From Mobula hypostoma (taxonomy: Eukaryota): a stretch of 64,000 bases of DNA. The position numbers and the translations under genes were made by a program. The stretch lies in NCBI RefSeq assembly GCF_963921235.1, contig NC_086097.1, positions 5,518,001 to 5,582,000 on the forward strand, read 5' to 3'. The notes under the pieces are model-generated. The model did not search any database and was not told the DNA's origin. It saw only the letters and a list, made by a program, of their open reading frames with translations. Positions 12,236-24,929 of this stretch are shown one piece after another (the first letter of the stretch is position 1; each line of letters begins with the position of its first letter).

Positions 12236-13607
12236 GCACCTCTTCCTACAGATGCTGCTTGGCCTGCTGCGTTCACCAGCAACTTTGATGTGTGTTGCTT
12301 GAATTTCCAGCATCTGCAGAATTCCTGTTGTTTGAGTCTAATTCTGTTGCTCTGTCTTACGATCTTTTGGTCTAAGATGTTTTCTATGATGTGCCGAGCT
12401 GTGTCTCTGCAGCTTTTTGTTGTCTGAAGAAGAACAGCTGCCAAATCAAAGCGTGAAGCACCCAGACAGAATGTTTTCTCTGATGCATCAATAAAAATTT
12501 GGTGAGCATCAAAAGGGACATACCAAATTTCTTTAGCCTCTTGAGAAAGTGGAGGCACTGATGATCTGTACTGTCTCTGTGGTTGGATCAAGTTAGGCTC
12601 TTGGTGATGTTCACTCTACGGAATTTGAAGCTGTCAACAAACTCATCCTCAGCAGCTTTGATGTAAACAGGACTGTGTGCACTGAACCCATCACTGAAGT
12701 TAATGACAGCCCTTCAGTTTGTTAACATGGAGGAAAAGACTGTTTTTATGACACCATATCACTAGGCTCTCTATTTTCATCCAGTATATCAACTCATCCT
12801 TATTCTAGATAAGGCTCCTCACAGAGGCATCATCTTCAAACTTAAAGACGGAGTTAGTACCGGATCTGGCTGTGCAGTCATGAGTGTAAATTTGCTTTCA
12901 TGAAATTTGTGTTTATTTGTTTGTTTCTACTTCACATAATTATTGTTTCAACTCATGTCTTTTGACGCATGTGCAGATGGTGTAGCATTGTGTGATACGG
13001 CCCATCTTCTGAGACCACAACATCACCCCTGCCCCCTTCTCTCTAACATAAATGTAATCTGTAAATAAATAATAAAATAATCTGTTTCGTAAATAAAATG
13101 TTTGGGTCAGTGACAAATCATCCCTCCTTTTTAAAGTTCAAAGCATTTTTTTAATTAGTGTACATACATGTCACGATATACAACCCTGAGATTCATTTTG
13201 CTATGGGTATACTTCACAAATCTATAGCATAGAACGGTTTGTTGCTTACTGTAGATTAATCCAAGGGCTTAATTCCACACAATACATGTTCAATAGAGAA
13301 TGAAGAGAGCAGAAAAATTGCACAGCCTCTTCTTCAGCAAGTTCTTGAATCCTTCCTTTCTTTTAGCAAATCGAATTAGACTAATTTTCCATTCCCCATC
13401 TTCCCCTGATTCTAACCAATTGTTACAGAACTACCATCGAGAGTGTCCTAACCAGCTGCATCATCTTCTGGTATGGGAACTGCAAGGTATCTGACCACAA
13501 GACCCTACAAAGGATTGTGAGGAGTGCTGAGAGAATCATTTTCAACCCATCCAAGATACTTACTGGAAGCTTGCATACACGGGGCCCTGAGTATTGTCAA
13601 TCATCCC

Positions 13608-16600
13608 TGTAATATATGGACCTATTTCTTTTAGAGCAATGACCCCACACGCCTTAACACTATGTATTGATCTGTTGTCTGCACATGTGCTGTTGTCTCC
13701 ACATGCACATTGCTTTTATTTCCACTATCTCTTTCGCTGCAATGTGAATACGCCAGTTAAAGCCATTTCCCACACGCGTGCTTTTATTTAACTGATATAT
13801 AGTTGTGCACAAAAACAACAAATTGGTGATGATACAAACCTGTATGTCAGAAAATATCATGAACTGTACCAATAGTTACAGGACGAAACAGCAAGAGCTA
13901 AACAGCACAAGAACGCTGAAGGTCCCATGAGTAACATTGAAAGGCACGGTGAATTTAAAGTGAAAATAACGTGGCGATGGCTTCCGTCACGAAAGTCGAT
14001 GAATTTGATAGTGCTAATGAAGACTGGGAGTGGTACATCAAGAGGGTGGAACAACGTGGAGGAGCAAAAGAAAGCTCCTACACTTTTTAGCTTATTGAGT
14101 ACAAGGAAGTACAGTCTCTTCAGCAACCTAGTAACCCCTGAAAAGCTAGCAACCAAGACCTTCAATGAAAGTGTTACTAGTTTACAAAATCACTTGAGTC
14201 CTAAGACACTGGCAATAGCTGAGAGATTCAGATTTTACAAAAGGAACACGTCAAAATATGAAAGCAGAATACGTTGCAGAACTGCGCAAACTTTTGCAGT
14301 ACTATGACTTTAGAGATGGACTTTTGCATAGTAGGGGAATTAAGGATTAAGGAGAAAAGGCAGGTAGGTGGAGATGAGTCCTTGGTCAGATCAGCCATGA
14401 TCTTATTGGATGACAGAGCAGGCTTGACAGCCCAGATGGCCGACACCTGCTCCTATTTCTTATGTTCTTATGACTGTCTGATGTATTAAGGGACAAGTTT
14501 GTGTATGGCATGCATTGACAAGGAACTATTATCTGAGAGCAACCTAACCTTAGAACAGGCATTGACCATTGCAATTTTGTTAGAGACTGCAACAAAGGAT
14601 GCAGCAGAACTACACAAAAGGAGGGTAGAATGTGAAATGCATGACATTTTCCTGAATGGTGCAAAAGCAAATCCTCCCATGATGGCAGACAAAAAGCACA
14701 ACTAAGTCTCAAATGCAAAACTAAGCAAATGTATTAAGTTACCAAATGTAAAACAGAATCAGACAACATAGAGTGAGCTGTCATGCCTAGAGCTGCATTG
14801 TATTACTAAAGCAGATCACAATATAATATGAATAACAATAGATATGTCTGGTGTAAAACTGAAAATGGAGCTATTTTCAGTTTTGCTATAATTACCAAGG
14901 GTCACTACAACAGGCTGTTTATGAAGATACAATTAGAGAAGACATCAGTGGTGCTAAAGACCTATACAGGTCAAAAAGTGTCTCCCAATGGCAAACTGAA
15001 AGAAAATGTGATGTATGGAGGTCAAACACAACAGTTAGAGCTTTATGTATTGAGAAGTGGAGGGCCAGAACTTTTTGAATGTGAACGATTGAGAAAAACC
15101 CAACTAGACTAGAACTCAGTCGAAGCTCTCAGTGTGGCATCAACAAGCAACAGCTGCCCAGATGGTAGCACTAACCAGAGACTGGCACAGCTGCTTAATA
15201 CTAATCAGAAGATGTTTGTGAAGAAATAGATAAACAAATCAAAGAGTTGGCCAGAAGCATTTTGGGATGCCAGGAAGTTCAAAACACACCCTCACAAGCC
15301 ATGTTACACTCGTGGGAGTGGCTGCCTTCACCATGGCAAAGAGTACATATTGACTTCGCTGGACCATTCATGGACTCCATGTCCCTGATTGCTGTGGATG
15401 CTCATTCGAAGTGGCTGGACGTTACACCAATGAAGTCAACTACCTCAGCAAAGACTGTCTCCATTCTGAGAACTACGTTCACCAGAAATGGGTTAGCAGA
15501 ACAAATTGTGAGTGACAATGGACCACAATACATGCAGGAAGAATTCCGAATGTTCATGTAGAAAAATGGCATCAGACATTTCAATTCTACTCCTCACCAC
15601 CCAGCAATGAATGGGTTAGCTGAAAGCTTTATCTAAATCTTCAAGAAGTCTATTAAAGCAGGGGTCCTTTTTTTGCACCGCAGACTGGTTTAATATTGAC
15701 AATATTCCTGTGGACTGGCCGACTGGGGTGGGGGGGGGTGGTGTTCAAGTTCAACGGTGTGTGACAGGGAATGAGGAAAGGTGCAGCTGACTCATATCCT
15801 TTCATATCACCAAATCATATCGTTTCCTCATGGCCCGATAGCACATGATTTGTGGCCCAGTGGTTGGGGACCACTGTATTAAAGTGATAGACATGGAGGA
15901 TATATCTCCTCCACACAAGGTGGACAATTTCCTTTTTTGTGTATTGGAATTCTGTTCATGTGATAACAAATCAAGCACCTGCAATGGTGGTCATGAGCAG
16001 GAATCTGAAATCTTGCATAGACCTTCTGAAACCAGATCTATGGAGAGAAGTACAGAAAAAACAAATCAACCAGTTGCTAAGTGAAGTAGCAAGGAGCTTT
16101 GGGATTGGACAGGAAATGTGAACATGTGATTACTGAGAAGACAAGTTATGCCTGGTAGGATAGCTACAAGAAATGGACCACTGATGCACACCGCGGATGT
16201 TGGAGATCAGACTTGGAGACGCCATTTGGACCAGACACTGGATGCTCAAAGAATGAACACACCTGAGTCAACTGCATCCAACACGATGGAGACATTACAG
16301 TCACGGGACTTACCTCTCAGTGATAATGTCACTAATAGCAACATGACACCAGAAAACGTGAACATTATCTTAGACAAGACACCTACTAAACTTGATGCCA
16401 TTCCTCAGATCCAGAGACGCGATGAGAATGTTTGTGTTGACAAGACTCCTGCCAAACCTGAAGCCACTCCACAGGTCAAGAGACACTATCCTGAAAGAAG
16501 CAGAGCACCACCCAAAAAACTGAATCATTAGAACTGTGAAGTTAGTTATGGACTGTGTTATTATGAAAGCACGTTTATTTGGAATATAGGTTTATGAAAG

Positions 16601-16744
16601 GGAAATTGAATATTTTGTACATATACAGTTTTCTGTTTATTAATCTAAAGGGGGTAGAAGTGTAATGTATGGATCAATTTGTTTTAGAGCAATGACCTCA
16701 CCTACCTAGCACTCAGTATTGATCTGTTCTCTGTGTTTCTTCTT

Positions 16745-16796
<52 letters not shown>

Positions 16797-16871
16797 GAAT
16801 ACACCAGTTAAAGCCATGTCCCGCATGGGTGCTTTTATTAAATTGATATGTACTTGTACACAGACACAACA
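13608..16871 (+). mobile_element. Ty3/Gypsy LTR retrotransposon, RT/RNase H deleted, decayed
   Basis: LTRs 13608-13820 and 16661-16871 (TGT...ACA), 5-bp TSD ATCCC, PBS-like TGGTGA after the 5' LTR, PPT AAAGGGGGTAGAAG, gag (IAERFRFYKR), protease remnant, integrase (PWQRVHIDFAGPF, IVSDNGPQ). Confidence 0.93.
15659..15876. mobile_element. hAT-type MITE
   Basis: Termini CAGGGGTCC / GGACCACTG and 8-bp TSD TATTAAAG; sits in the Gypsy integrase. Confidence 0.8.
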
Positions 16872-17414
16872 ATCCCTCCTATCCATCTAATCGTATCTTT
16901 AACCTCCTATCATCAGACAGGAGGTACCCTCACGTTAGGACAAGAACTGTTCGGATGGAAAACAGCTTCAGCCCTCAGGCCTTACAATTACTGGACTCCC
17001 TGTCAACCCTCAGGTCACATCATATATGAAGCACTAGTAGAGGTACGCTATTCACTTTTCGACTTGATCATAAATGCACCTTATTATTTGTTAATTTATT
17101 TACAATCAGATTACTTTATGTGTAGTTATACATCCTGTGTTGTGCACCTTGGTCCGGAGGAACATTGTTTCATTTGGCGGTACACTTAGTAGGGTAGAAT
17201 GACAATAAACTGGAACTCTCGCCACAGAGTTACTGTCTGCCAGTCCAGGGCCCTCTCAACACTTTGCCGTGAGCCACTCATAGAATGGCTTGGAGAATAT
17301 GGTGATAATCTGCCTGCATTGCCAAACCTGCCAATGTTTCCTACTGTGTGTGAACATCTTTAAGAGTCAGAGTCAATAACACTTAAAACTGTTAAAAAAT
17401 AAAATTGTAAACAA

Positions 17415-18560
17415 AAATACCATAAGACCATTAGACATAGGAGCAGAATGAGGCCATTCGGCCCCTTGACTCTGATCCATCATTCTATCATGGCTGATGT
17501 ATTTCCATGTCTACCCCGTTCTCCTGTCTTCTCCTGGTAACATTTCACATTCTGATTAATCAAGAATATATCAACTTCTGCCTTAACCCTTACATACTGT
17601 TCGGGTCAAATTTGACCTGTTTTGATATTTGACAGCAATAAAGACACCCTAAATGCCACTCTTTTTTTAGCCGAAATTTGATGACTTTTCCTAAAGTGAC
17701 CCAAAATGTGCAAAACTGAAAGTATTTAAAAATTTTATACTTTTGTACAGGTGTTGCAAATTTTTGTACAGTGAGGCTGTTCCGGGTCAAATTTGACCCA
17801 TATCTATTGAAATGGATTTTACATCTCTGAAACATTAATTAAGGATTAATCATCAATTTATTAATGTCAGATAGGCTATTTATACATTCTAAATGGATCT
17901 GTGGTTCAAAATTTGGTATAGACACTTGTTATGAGGGGATTCTTGTGTGGCGCCTTTTATTTTCCTTTTATATTCTATTCTCTATTAATTATATAGTTCC
18001 AGTAATATCTATAAACCATAAATCATTTAATCGTATCTGGTGTATTGTCTGTTATTTGGGCGGGGTGGGGTACCTCACACAGCATCCACACAAACTAATT
18101 ACCCAGTTTGGCGGGGCCGAGGGCTGTTTCCCTGGACGGCAGCGAGCCGAGCGACCCTGAGGCTGGCGGGGGGGGCTACACTTGGGTTGGGTCAAAATTG
18201 ACCCAGACCATACTGTGAGGGTATAGAATATGAACAGTATGTAAGGGTTAAATGTACAGAGTGACTTGGCCTCCACAGCCACCAGTGGCAACGAATTCTT
18301 CACCCTCTGGCTAAAGAAACTCCTTATCATCTCTATTCTAAATGTATCTCCCTCTATTCTGAGGTTCCCCGCTATACAAAACCTCTTCTCCACATCCACG
18401 CTGTAAGGCCCTTTAACATTCAATGGGATTCAATGAGATACACCCACCCATCCTTCCGAATTCCAGTTAGTACAGGCACAGAACCTTCAGTCATTGCTCA
18501 TGTGATAATCTTTCATTCCCAGAATCATCCTTGTGAACTTTTTCTGACCCTTCTCCAATG
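17415..18560 (-). mobile_element. CR1 3' fragment hosting the piggyBac element
   Basis: CCATAAGA tail and FFSQRV motif. Confidence 0.75.
17587..18247. mobile_element. piggyBac-type non-autonomous element
   Basis: TTAA on both sides, perfect 16-bp TIR CCCTTACATACTGTTC, three GGTCAAA(T/A)TTGACC palindromes; inserted in a CR1. Confidence 0.9.
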
Positions 18561-21500
18561 TCATCAATGTCAGTGTTCTTTATAATATATATTGATTAAA
18601 TGCACATCAACATATATTAATTATAAAGAACACTTTAAGAACTCAAGATAGTCTAATAATAATAAATAACTATATTCACCTTTATCTCAGGAGAAGATGT
18701 CAATGTGACTGCTGTGCCTATTGCTCTGGCAGATTTCCTCATCAGAGATCTGGATAAATTCCATAAGTCAAACTTTGATTCTGTTCTATAGTACTCTTCA
18801 ATTAACTCCACAGGTGCAGGCTTATGGGACCTCAAAATCTTTCTCCTGCTTGCAAAATTGCTTACTTATTGACATCAATGTGCTTTTTGTACAGTCGTCA
18901 ATATGCTTTTTGCCCTCCCCACTGCTGAGCAATGATCTATATGGAAAGTTGTCTTAGGAAAGCAGCATCCATCATCAGGGACCCCCACCGCAGAGGACGT
19001 GTTCTCTTCTCACTGCTGCAATCAGGAAGGAGATACCGGAGCCACAGAACTCGCACCACCAGGTTCAGGAAAAGTTACTACCCCTCAACCATCAAGCTCT
19101 TTAACCAGAAGGGATAACTCCACTTAACTTCACTTGCCCCATCACGGAACTGTTCCTGCAACCTATGGGCTCACTTTCAAGGACTCCTCATCTCATGTTC
19201 ATGATATTATTTATTGAGTATTTATTTATATAATTATTTTGCTTTTTTTTAATTTACTGTGAATGAGTGCAAGAACATGAATCTCAGGGTAGGAAGCACT
19301 TGGAAAAATTGCAAAATTTCATGTGATGCAGCATGTTAGGATGTTCCTCACTGTAGAATGAGGTGAGTATAGGAATGCAAAGTCCAGCTCAACTAGATGG
19401 CACCAGCATTAAATGCAGCCAGTGTTCACAAAACTAATTCTTTCACTTCTTTCAAATATGATTCTACCACCAAGCTGCGTGTGATTGGAAGTGTGGTTTT
19501 CCTTTTTATAGTGTGATTTTCGGCTGACTGAGCGATCTGGTGCTTTGCTGTCTCGGAGGGAGCAGAGTATGAGGCCCAGAAGCCTGGAAATGGACCGTGA
19601 GCCCGCGATCGACTCCATTGCTTCTCTCTGCTTGAAGCACTGAGGAAGGCTGAAGTTGACGAGGCTGAGAGTGGAGGAAAGGCAAGGTAAGGGACAGGAA
19701 GACTGCTTGCCTGCATTTGACCGATCTTCCTGCCCCTCTTGCTAGCTGTTTGTCAGTGGAAAATGTAGGAGTCTTGGAGTCCACACTGCAAGGATTGATT
19801 GGTGAGGCTGTGGAATCGTTTTGGGAAAGTTTGAGGTTCAGGTTGCAGGTGTTTCTGGATTCTGGTTGCTCTCTTTTGATGTTTTTGAGCAGTTTGATCA
19901 GGGTGTTTGATGCAGACTGGGGCACTTTGGCACAGAATGGCTCTGCAGCCTGCAGTGTGCTAATGGTGTGGAACTGAACTGAATTAAACTGCATACTGCA
20001 GGACTCCTGGTTTGAGGCTTGACTCGATGTGCTGTTCGCTTGCTTGTTGGCATCGGTACAATTTGTTCTGTTGTACCTGTTGGGTGTTGGATGTTTTCTT
20101 GAATGCTTTCCATGGTGTTTCTTTGTGTCGTGCCTGCCTTCAGGAGGACAAACCTCGGAATTGTATTCTGTGTACATATTTTGATAATAAATGTACTTTG
20201 AATCTTAATAAAGGAACAATGACAGCCTGAAAATGATCCCCTGGTCCACCAGTCCAGGTGCAGCAATTGCAGCCCCATTAGGAGGTTTAGGCTCACAAAG
20301 CAGAGAGTGTGTTTTGTCACAGTCCTTCAGTCTGATGACTGACTAGAGGTCCCCTCGTACACTGCAACTACTGTGACAAACGATTGCTAAACTTGGTTTT
20401 CTGCATCATATTAAAGAGATTTTTATTGTACTGTCCAGACCCACTTCATCCACACCCCCAACCACCACTACTTTATCATTTCCTGTCAGTAAGCTTATGT
20501 ACAGACACTCCCGTGCCTAGTGTCACTTTATAGACATACAATCAATCTATATATATACAAGCTATTTTATTTATTTATATTTATTGTGTGTTTATTATTA
20601 TTGTGTTTGTTATCTTTTTTTTTGTGCTACATTAGGTCCGGAGGAAAGTTTATTTTGTTCTCCTTTATATTTGTGTACTGGAAATGACAGTATACAATCT
20701 TGAGTCCGCTGGACCTAATACACCAAACAAAGTGTTCCGCACACAGAGAGTTAAACAATTGCAGCAAATGTGTTAAATTTCAACTGAATATTAATCGGAA
20801 TGATCTTTGCTGCCCTTATTTTGTTTATAATCTTCTTCTATACCCATCAATGTCATCATTTAACATCACCATTCTTCGTGTTGTGTCAAATCTGTGTAGT
20901 GCCAGGTGCAGATTATTTAATGCTCAAAAAGATTGAAATCCAGATTATATTAAAAGTGTCCACGTCAACATTCTTTCTATTTTTTTCTTCTCACACTCTT
21001 CTGTAGTGATTAATACATGAATTTAGCATGGCTTTATTTTAGATCAAGGGAAGATTTTTTTTACTGAGAACAGAAACTAAAAAGAGATGCATGTAAAAGA
21101 GTTATAAATAATAATTTTATGCAGGATGATTGACTGATCATTGGGTTTCTTGCACTGCTGAGGACCAGATGGAAGCATTTATAGTAGTATAGCATAGTTT
21201 ATCACTTTTACAGGGGAGGGGCTGGACAGAAGCTTTTGTTTGTGTTTTGCATAAATTCAGACTAATTGTCAACTTCTTTGGTATATAGAACTACAAAATG
21301 ATATGTTCCAGGCTTGAGAAAATTAGTAAGGCATAAAGAGTCATTCAATTGCAACCTAGATGATGAATAACTAAATTCGTATTCTAAACACGCGTTTAAA
21401 TTAATCAGTATCAGTCAAGATGAGGAGCCTCAGTGAAAAGGACAGCTCTCATTTTGGCTAAATCTTTCCTCTTCACAGTCACAGAGAAAGTTTTGGAATC

Positions 21501-21671
21501 ACTCGGGACAACCAGATCATGGAAGGTGAGATCCCTGAAAAATGGTCTGTTTAGGCTGGCTGCTCTGGATAATTGGAGACTTCTTCTTGGGACACTGATT
21601 CAAGGTTCAATTTTTAAAAAATCATTTCTCATACATAAGTGTAAAGGGGAACAACATAATTATTACTCTAG

Positions 21672-22103
21672 TAACACACATGAAAGTTGCTGGTGGAATG
21701 CAGCAGGCCAGGCAGCATCTATAGGAAGAGGTACAGTTGACGTTTCGGACTGAGACTAACTGAAAGAAGAGCTAGTAAGAGATTTGAAAGTGGGAGGGGG
21801 AGGGGGAGATCGGAAATGATAGGAGAAGACAGGAGGGGGAAGGGATGGAGCTAAGAGCTAGAAAGTTGATTGGCAAAAGGGATATGAGAGGATCATGTGA
21901 TGGACAGGAGGCCTAGGGAGAAAGAAAGGGGGAGAGGGGAAGCCCAGAGGATGGGCAAGGAGTATAGTGAGAGGGACAGAGGGAGAAAAAAGAGATAGAG
22001 GAAAAAGATTATTAATAATAATAAAAGATAAATAAATAACAGATGGGGTACAAAGGGGAGGTCGGGCATTAACTGAAGTTAGAGAAGTCAATGTTCATGC
22101 TCT
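21672..22103 (-). mobile_element. Penelope-like 3' fragment, tail-less, ribozyme partly deleted
   Basis: Matches the 3' end of the 7893 element (NIDFSNF + UTR). 13-bp TSD ATTATTACTCTAG at 21659-21671 and 22104-22116. Confidence 0.85.
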
Positions 22104-23126
22104 ATTATTACTCTAGATCTGATACAATGCAAATAAAACCCACAAAAGACAAAGAACACAATGAAAGAATTTCTTTAAAAAATGATATATAAATATATAC
22201 GACAGCTTATGTACATATATTGATTGCATATCTATAAAGTGACACTAGGTTTAGGGGTGTCTGTACATAAAGTGACTGACAGGAAATGAAAAAGTAGTGA
22301 TGACTGGTGGTGTAGTGGAGTGGACTAGTAGGTGGAGGTGTTGATCAGCCTTACTGTCAGGGGAAAGTAACTGTGTTTGAGTCTGATGCTCCTGGTGTGG
22401 ACGCTACATAGTCTCCTCCCTGATGGGAGTGGGACAAACAGGGAGTTTGCCTGAAGATGGAATGCAGTACAATGAGTTTCATGTCCATCTCAAACGATCC
22501 CATCACACAAAGGGAGGCTGAAACTGAAATAGAGTGAGAAAGCCAAGATATTTCTTAAAAAAGTCAGCACTCACATGAACAAATTAGAGAAGTCTAAGGC
22601 ATCCGCTTCATCTGGAGGAACGGATTATAACCTGCTGCAGAAACAATGGTGCGTCTTCAGAGACTCACTGGTGAGCCACTTATCTCCAATTGGCACCTCT
22701 GTCCTTGTATTGAATTTGGAAATACAGTCATGACTATATTGAGAGGCAGGGGCAGGGCACACTCAATGGGTTAAATGGCCTACTCCTGCATGTATAATAC
22801 TTAATGCATTTCTGAAATTGGATTTAGTTTATTATAGTCACATGTACCCAGATACCGTGAAACATTTCATCCTGCATACTGTTCAAGATCAAGTTTATCG
22901 TCCTTCAACTACACTGCCAAATGAAACAATGTTCCTCAGGGCCAAGGTGCACAGCACACCATATATAACTCACACACATAACACATAAAGTAACATTATC
23001 ACAGATAAATTTAACAAATAATAAAGTTCAAAATTCCAACTCAATTTATGATCGAAGTTCATATACAGTACATTATGTCACCATATCCAACCCTGAGATT
23101 TGTTTTCTTACAGGCATACTCAGTAA

Positions 23127-24888
23127 TATTATTTCACTTGTGACTGGGTCCTGAACTACCCCTATGAACTGTGCTTTTGAAAAGAGAGAGAGAGATGAAG
23201 ACTAACTTTTGGATTTCTGCTGAGTTAGAGAGAGAGCACCGAGCAGCTCGTAAGTCGCTGTGGTGACTGAGGTCGGCATTATTTGATGGACAATCGAGGT
23301 TATGGTTTCTCTGGAGGTTGGATCACCTGGGGAAATAGTTATGGAACAAAATGGAGTCATAAAGGCTGTGGAATCTGATAATGGGATGAAAAAACATGTT
23401 TACCCACTGAATCTAGTATCAACAAGATGTCAGAATTCTATTGTTTTGAAAAATATTACTGATACGGTCCATGGGTTGGAACCAACACCGCAAAAACAAG
23501 TGAAAGAATTAATTGGCAAGCATAAAGATTTATGTTCTGACATTCTGAAGCAGTGCACAGGTGCAGTGTCTCACGTCATTATAAATTCAGCCCAGCCCAT
23601 GAAACAGCATCTTCACAGAATGAACTTTGAGAAAAGTAAAATGGTTGAACAAGAAATTGGAAACAAGAAAGAACAAGGAAGGAGAATAGATGACTGTGTT
23701 GGTGGAGTGGGGAAGGCTAATACCTTATAAAGATTGACTTGTTAAAAGGATACTGGGGTGTTCCTTTAACAGAAAGGGCTGAAGAGATATCAGCATTTAG
23801 ACTAGACTGTATGAATACCACGTTTTACCCTTCGGGATGAAAAATGCTCCAGGGACATTTCAAAGAATGATAAATTCTATGATTAGAGATTTAGAAAACA
23901 CAGGGGCTTATATCGATAATTTAGTGGTCTGGAATGACACGTGAGAAGAGCATATTTCAGTGGTAGAAAAACTGCTTGACAGACTTTCCAAGGCCAATCT
24001 TACTGTAAACCTCGCTAGAAGTGAGTTTGGCCATGCCACAGTTACATATCTGGGCTATGTAGTAGGATCAACTGGCTCCTGTACAGGCTAAGGTCCAAGC
24101 TATTGCTGAGGTTTCTGTTCCGACAGGCAAGAAAGCTTTGAAGAGGATTTTTGGAATGATTGGGTATTATCGTAAGTTTTGTAAGAACTCTGCTGACATC
24201 GCTTTCCCCCTAACAAAACTCCTGGGGAAGAGTGAAAGATTTGTATGGAATGATCTTTGCCAGGGGGCATTTGAATGTCTGAAAACCATCCTGTGTTATC
24301 ATTCCTGTGCTCAAAGCACCTGATTTTTCCAAGCCATTTTCTATAGCAACAGGCGCCAGTGACGAAGCTGCTGGGGCAGTACTGTTACAGAAGGGAGCGG
24401 ATGACATTGAATACCCAGTAGCTTATTTCTCAAAGAAATTTAAAGTGCACCAGAAAAATTATTCAACTATTGAAAAAGAATTACTAGCACTTATTCTGGC
24501 CTTACAACATTTTGAGATTTATATTTGTCCTGCCCAGAGACCACTTGTGGTTTACACGGATCATAATCCGTTGCTGTTTCTAACTAAGATGAAGGATAAA
24601 AATAGAACATTGTTGAATTGGAGTCTGATATTGCAAAAGTGTGACTTAAAAATCAAACGTGAAAGATACTGACAATATTATAGCTGATTATTTATCCAGA
24701 TGTTAAGTTGGAAATTGTACGCGTTTTTGCTGTCATCTGATGATCATACATGTATTGTTTCAAACTCTGTAATTTACATTTAGACTAAAAAAAATTTTGC
24801 CTTCGTCAAAATTTTTTTCTCTGAAGGAAGGGGGCGTGACGAGATCCTGAATTACCCCTATGAACTGTGCTTTTGAAAAGAGAGAGAG

Positions 24889-24929
<41 letters not shown>

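Larger units (their letters stand above)
7893..12334. mobile_element. Penelope-like (Poseidon-type) retroelement, head-to-head inverted dimer: left arm 7893-10185 (-), right arm 10188-12334 (+)
   Basis: Both arms encode RT + GIY-YIG with 3' ends pointing outward. 14-bp TSD AGTCTAATTCTGTT at 7879-7892 and 12335-12348. Inserted in a CR1 3' tail. Confidence 0.95.

Noticed and set aside
16755..16792. (CA)n and (GA)n tracts (also ~24880-24995)
   Set aside because: Ordinary microsatellite expansions inside LTRs.
19506..20177. 223-aa minus-strand ORF
   Set aside because: Lies in a LINE-like 3' UTR ending in a repeat tail seen elsewhere in the window; no protein motifs.
22552..22700. Possible exon (either strand)
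   Set aside because: Good donor motifs, but the acceptors are weak and candidate minus-strand frames contain stops.
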